A stretch of 64,000 bases of DNA from Eubacteriales bacterium. Lineage in GTDB: Bacteria > Bacillota > Clostridia > Oscillospirales > CAG-272. The stretch is taken from the NCBI GenBank assembly GCA_045127455.1, contig JBGVQK010000086.1, positions 488 to 64,487 of the forward strand. Reading direction: 5' to 3'. The translations under genes and the position numbers were made by a program. A model generated the notes under the pieces. That model saw only the letters and a program-made list of their open reading frames with translations, searched no databases and was not told the origin of the DNA. Positions 61,779 through 64,000 of this stretch are shown piece by piece (within the stretch, counting starts at the first letter, position 1; every line of letters begins with the position of its first letter).

Positions 61779-63286
61779 TCCTCCAAATGTTCTGTTGTTT
61801 CATTTGCGGCATCAAGAATATCAAGCTCAAACCAGAAGGTCGAGCCGCACCCAACCTGACTTTCAACGCCATAGGTGGCATTATGAAGCTCAAGCACGCC
61901 TTTTACAATGGAAAGTCCCAAGCCGGTGCCGATCATTGCTCTGCGGTGGACCTTATCCACTTTGTAGTAACGATCCCAAATTTGCGGGAGCTCGTCCTCG
62001 GCAATGCCCTGACCCGTATCGCTGACGCTGATGCGAACGCGCCCCTCGCTGACCGACTGTTTGACGGTAACAGAGAGATCCTCGCCCGTGTAGTTGATGG
62101 CATTGTTGATCAGGTTATACAGCACCTGCAGGATCATGCTTCTATCGGCAAAAACGGTGGCTCTCTCCTCGGAAGTGAAGCTGATATGATAGCCTTGGTG
62201 TGCCGTAAACGCATCGTAGCGTCGCATAATTTCCTCAACGGCGGCGGTCAGGTCAAACTCCTCAAACACCGCTTTGCGAGAGCCCGATTGAATTTTAGAA
62301 AGGTCTAACAAATCGTTTACAAGCTCGGAAAGGCGCGTGGTCTCGTCGATAACGACCTGAATATTCTCTGCCGTGTTTTCGCCGGGAATATCACGCATGA
62401 CCTCGCTATACCCCTTGATCATAGTCAAGGGCGTGCGCAGATCGTGTGAAATGTTGGCGATGAGCTCTTTTTGCAAACGGTCAAGACGCGAAAGCTCGCG
62501 AGACGCGTAGTTCAATGTATCGGCGAGCTCAAGGGTCTCGCGGTATCCCTCACCCGAGAATTCAACGTCATATTTTCCGTGCGCCAGCTGCTTTGCCGAT
62601 TCGTTCATTTTTACGATAGGTGAAGAGATATGGCGATAAAGATAAAATACCATAATGGCGGCGCAAACGAGAAGGATGGATAGGATCCACAAAAACTGCG
62701 TTTGCAAAATTTGCACCGTTGTGGAAAGGGGCTGGCGTGCCGCGTTGAGCAAGATCAGATAAACATTTCCGCTTTCTGCTTCAAAAAGGCGCATATGCAT
62801 GAGTCTGACACCGGGAGAATTATCCGGCTTAAGCTGAAATGCGGGAAGCGCTCTGCCAGGGACCTCAATTCCGCCAAGGGTAAAATTGCCCGTATAGCTT
62901 CCACCGTTTTCGGCGGCTTTTTTATAGTATCTTTCCAATTGCTTCGTTGGCAGCGTGATGCCCGTTGTTTGCCCCGTTGCATCTACGCTGATGACCTGCT
63001 TTGGAATGCCTCTATCTACTTGATAGATCGCCACCGCCATAACGCCATCCAGTGCTTGATCGTATGCGTGTATATTAAGATCTTCGGTCTCAATATAGTT
63101 TGCAAGCTCGGTTGCGCTGTGCGCCATTTCTCGCCGTTTGATCAACTCATAAAAGTTGTTGAGCAGATAAACCTGGAACACCCACATGACCAAAAGAGCA
63201 ACGGCAACAAAGATGGCAAAATAGACGATCAGCTTCCAACCGATACTGGCGACCGGACGGTTTTTCTTTTGCTTTTCTTTTTTCAT
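61775..63286 (-). CDS. sensor histidine kinase
   Basis: Two TM segments, HAMP, H-box ELIANISHDLRTPLTMIKGY, N/G boxes (NLINNAINYT, GTGLGLSIV). Confidence 0.9.
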   Translation of the reverse strand: MKKEKQKKNRPVASIGWKLIVYFAIFVAVALLVMWVFQVYLLNNFYELIKRREMAHSATELANYIETEDLNIHAYDQALDGVMAVAIYQVDRGIPKQVISVDATGQTTGITLPTKQLERYYKKAAENGGSYTGNFTLGGIEVPGRALPAFQLKPDNSPGVRLMHMRLFEAESGNVYLILLNAARQPLSTTVQILQTQFLWILSILLVCAAIMVFYLYRHISSPIVKMNESAKQLAHGKYDVEFSGEGYRETLELADTLNYASRELSRLDRLQKELIANISHDLRTPLTMIKGYSEVMRDIPGENTAENIQVVIDETTRLSELVNDLLDLSKIQSGSRKAVFEEFDLTAAVEEIMRRYDAFTAHQGYHISFTSEERATVFADRSMILQVLYNLINNAINYTGEDLSVTVKQSVSEGRVRISVSDTGQGIAEDELPQIWDRYYKVDKVHRRAMIGTGLGLSIVKGVLELHNATYGVESQVGCGSTFWFELDILDAANETTEHLEE

Positions 63287-63981
63287 ATTTCCTCAAAGCG
63301 GTAACCAACACCGCGCAGGGTAACGATGTAATTGCTGTAACGTCCCAAGCTCTTGCGGAGCAGCTTGATGTGCGTATCCAGCGTGCGGGCATCGCCAAAG
63401 AAATCGTAGCCCCAAACCTCGCAAAGGAGCTTTTCACGCGAGAGTGCAATATTGCGGTTGGCGAGCAGATAAAAGAAGAGATCGTACTCCTTGGGAGACA
63501 TATCTACGCGCTCGCCGTCGATAAATACCAGACGTGCGGTAACATCGGCACGCAGTCCGCCACCGTCAAGCTCCACGATGACGTTGGGCTTGCTTTGTGC
63601 ATTTGCTTGCGTGGGAACGGTTTTTACACGCTTCATAATTGCTTCAACACGAAGCATCAGCTCCTTGGGAGAGAACGGCTTGATAACGTAGTCGTCAATT
63701 CCCACCTCAAAGCCGTTGATGCGGTCGTATTCCTCACCTCTGGCAGAAAGCATAATGATAGGTGTTTGTGAAATTTTGCGAATTTCGCGGCAAGCCGAAA
63801 AACCATCCAGCTCGGGCATCATAATATCCATGATAATCAAGTCATATTCATTCTTGCGGCAAAGCAGAACGGCCTCCATACCGTCGCCTGCTTCGGTAAC
63901 GGTGTGCCCGTCAAACTCCGCATATTTACGAATGATAGAGCGAATTCTGGATTCGTCGTCTACAACCAAAATGTGATACAT
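63283..63981 (-). CDS. OmpR-family response regulator
   Basis: ILVVDDE...DLIIMDIMMPELDG receiver domain and a winged-helix C-terminus (TLDTHIKLLRKSLG...IVTLRGVGYRF). Confidence 0.92.
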   Translation of the reverse strand: MYHILVVDDESRIRSIIRKYAEFDGHTVTEAGDGMEAVLLCRKNEYDLIIMDIMMPELDGFSACREIRKISQTPIIMLSARGEEYDRINGFEVGIDDYVIKPFSPKELMLRVEAIMKRVKTVPTQANAQSKPNVIVELDGGGLRADVTARLVFIDGERVDMSPKEYDLFFYLLANRNIALSREKLLCEVWGYDFFGDARTLDTHIKLLRKSLGRYSNYIVTLRGVGYRFEEI

Positions 63982-64000
63982 TCGATCTTTTCCTTTCTAA

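Overview
This 64-kb window looks like the chromosome of a spore-forming Firmicute of the Clostridia type. Supporting signs are spoIVA, spoIIP, gpr, T-box-controlled pheST, many near-consensus TTGACA-17-TATAAT promoters with a TG extension, and lipobox lipoproteins. Left to right it contains: a truncated secreted repeat protein (absent from the ORF track because it runs off the edge); LuxR-type and AraC-type regulators; tRNA-Val; a DapA/NanA-family aldolase; spoIVA; an acyltransferase; and a NusG_II / Gx-transporter / ApbE module. Next comes a ~15-kb minus-strand glycan locus with a MalEFG-like ABC importer plus MalK-like ATPase, two GH53 galactanases, a GH13 amylase, a type I pullulanase, one 609-aa protein of no recognisable family and an 86-aa zinc-ribbon protein. 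After that: AT-rich orphan genes, a SpoIID-like/peptidoglycan-binding cluster, an MFS transporter, eno, radC plus an S24 repressor, spoIIP-gpr, an OppA-like lipoprotein, pheST, a small alarmone synthetase, a BNR lipoprotein and an IS3-family element. The most unusual part is an AT-rich eight-gene minus-strand operon (53.4-58.9 kb) behind a textbook MerR-type promoter (19-bp spacer, perfect 16-bp palindrome). It consists almost entirely of unrecognisable membrane proteins, including three tandem paralogues whose upstream junctions were duplicated with them. It lies between GC-rich hairpin repeats, next to tRNA-Lys and three echoes of the tRNA-Lys 3-prime end. The right end carries flavodoxin, a GT2, an RlmA-like methyltransferase and a two-component system. 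No rRNA, CRISPR array, integrase or prophage genes were seen. Start codons were re-picked from RBS context. Hairpin and promoter coordinates are hand-counted and may be off by 1-2 nt.
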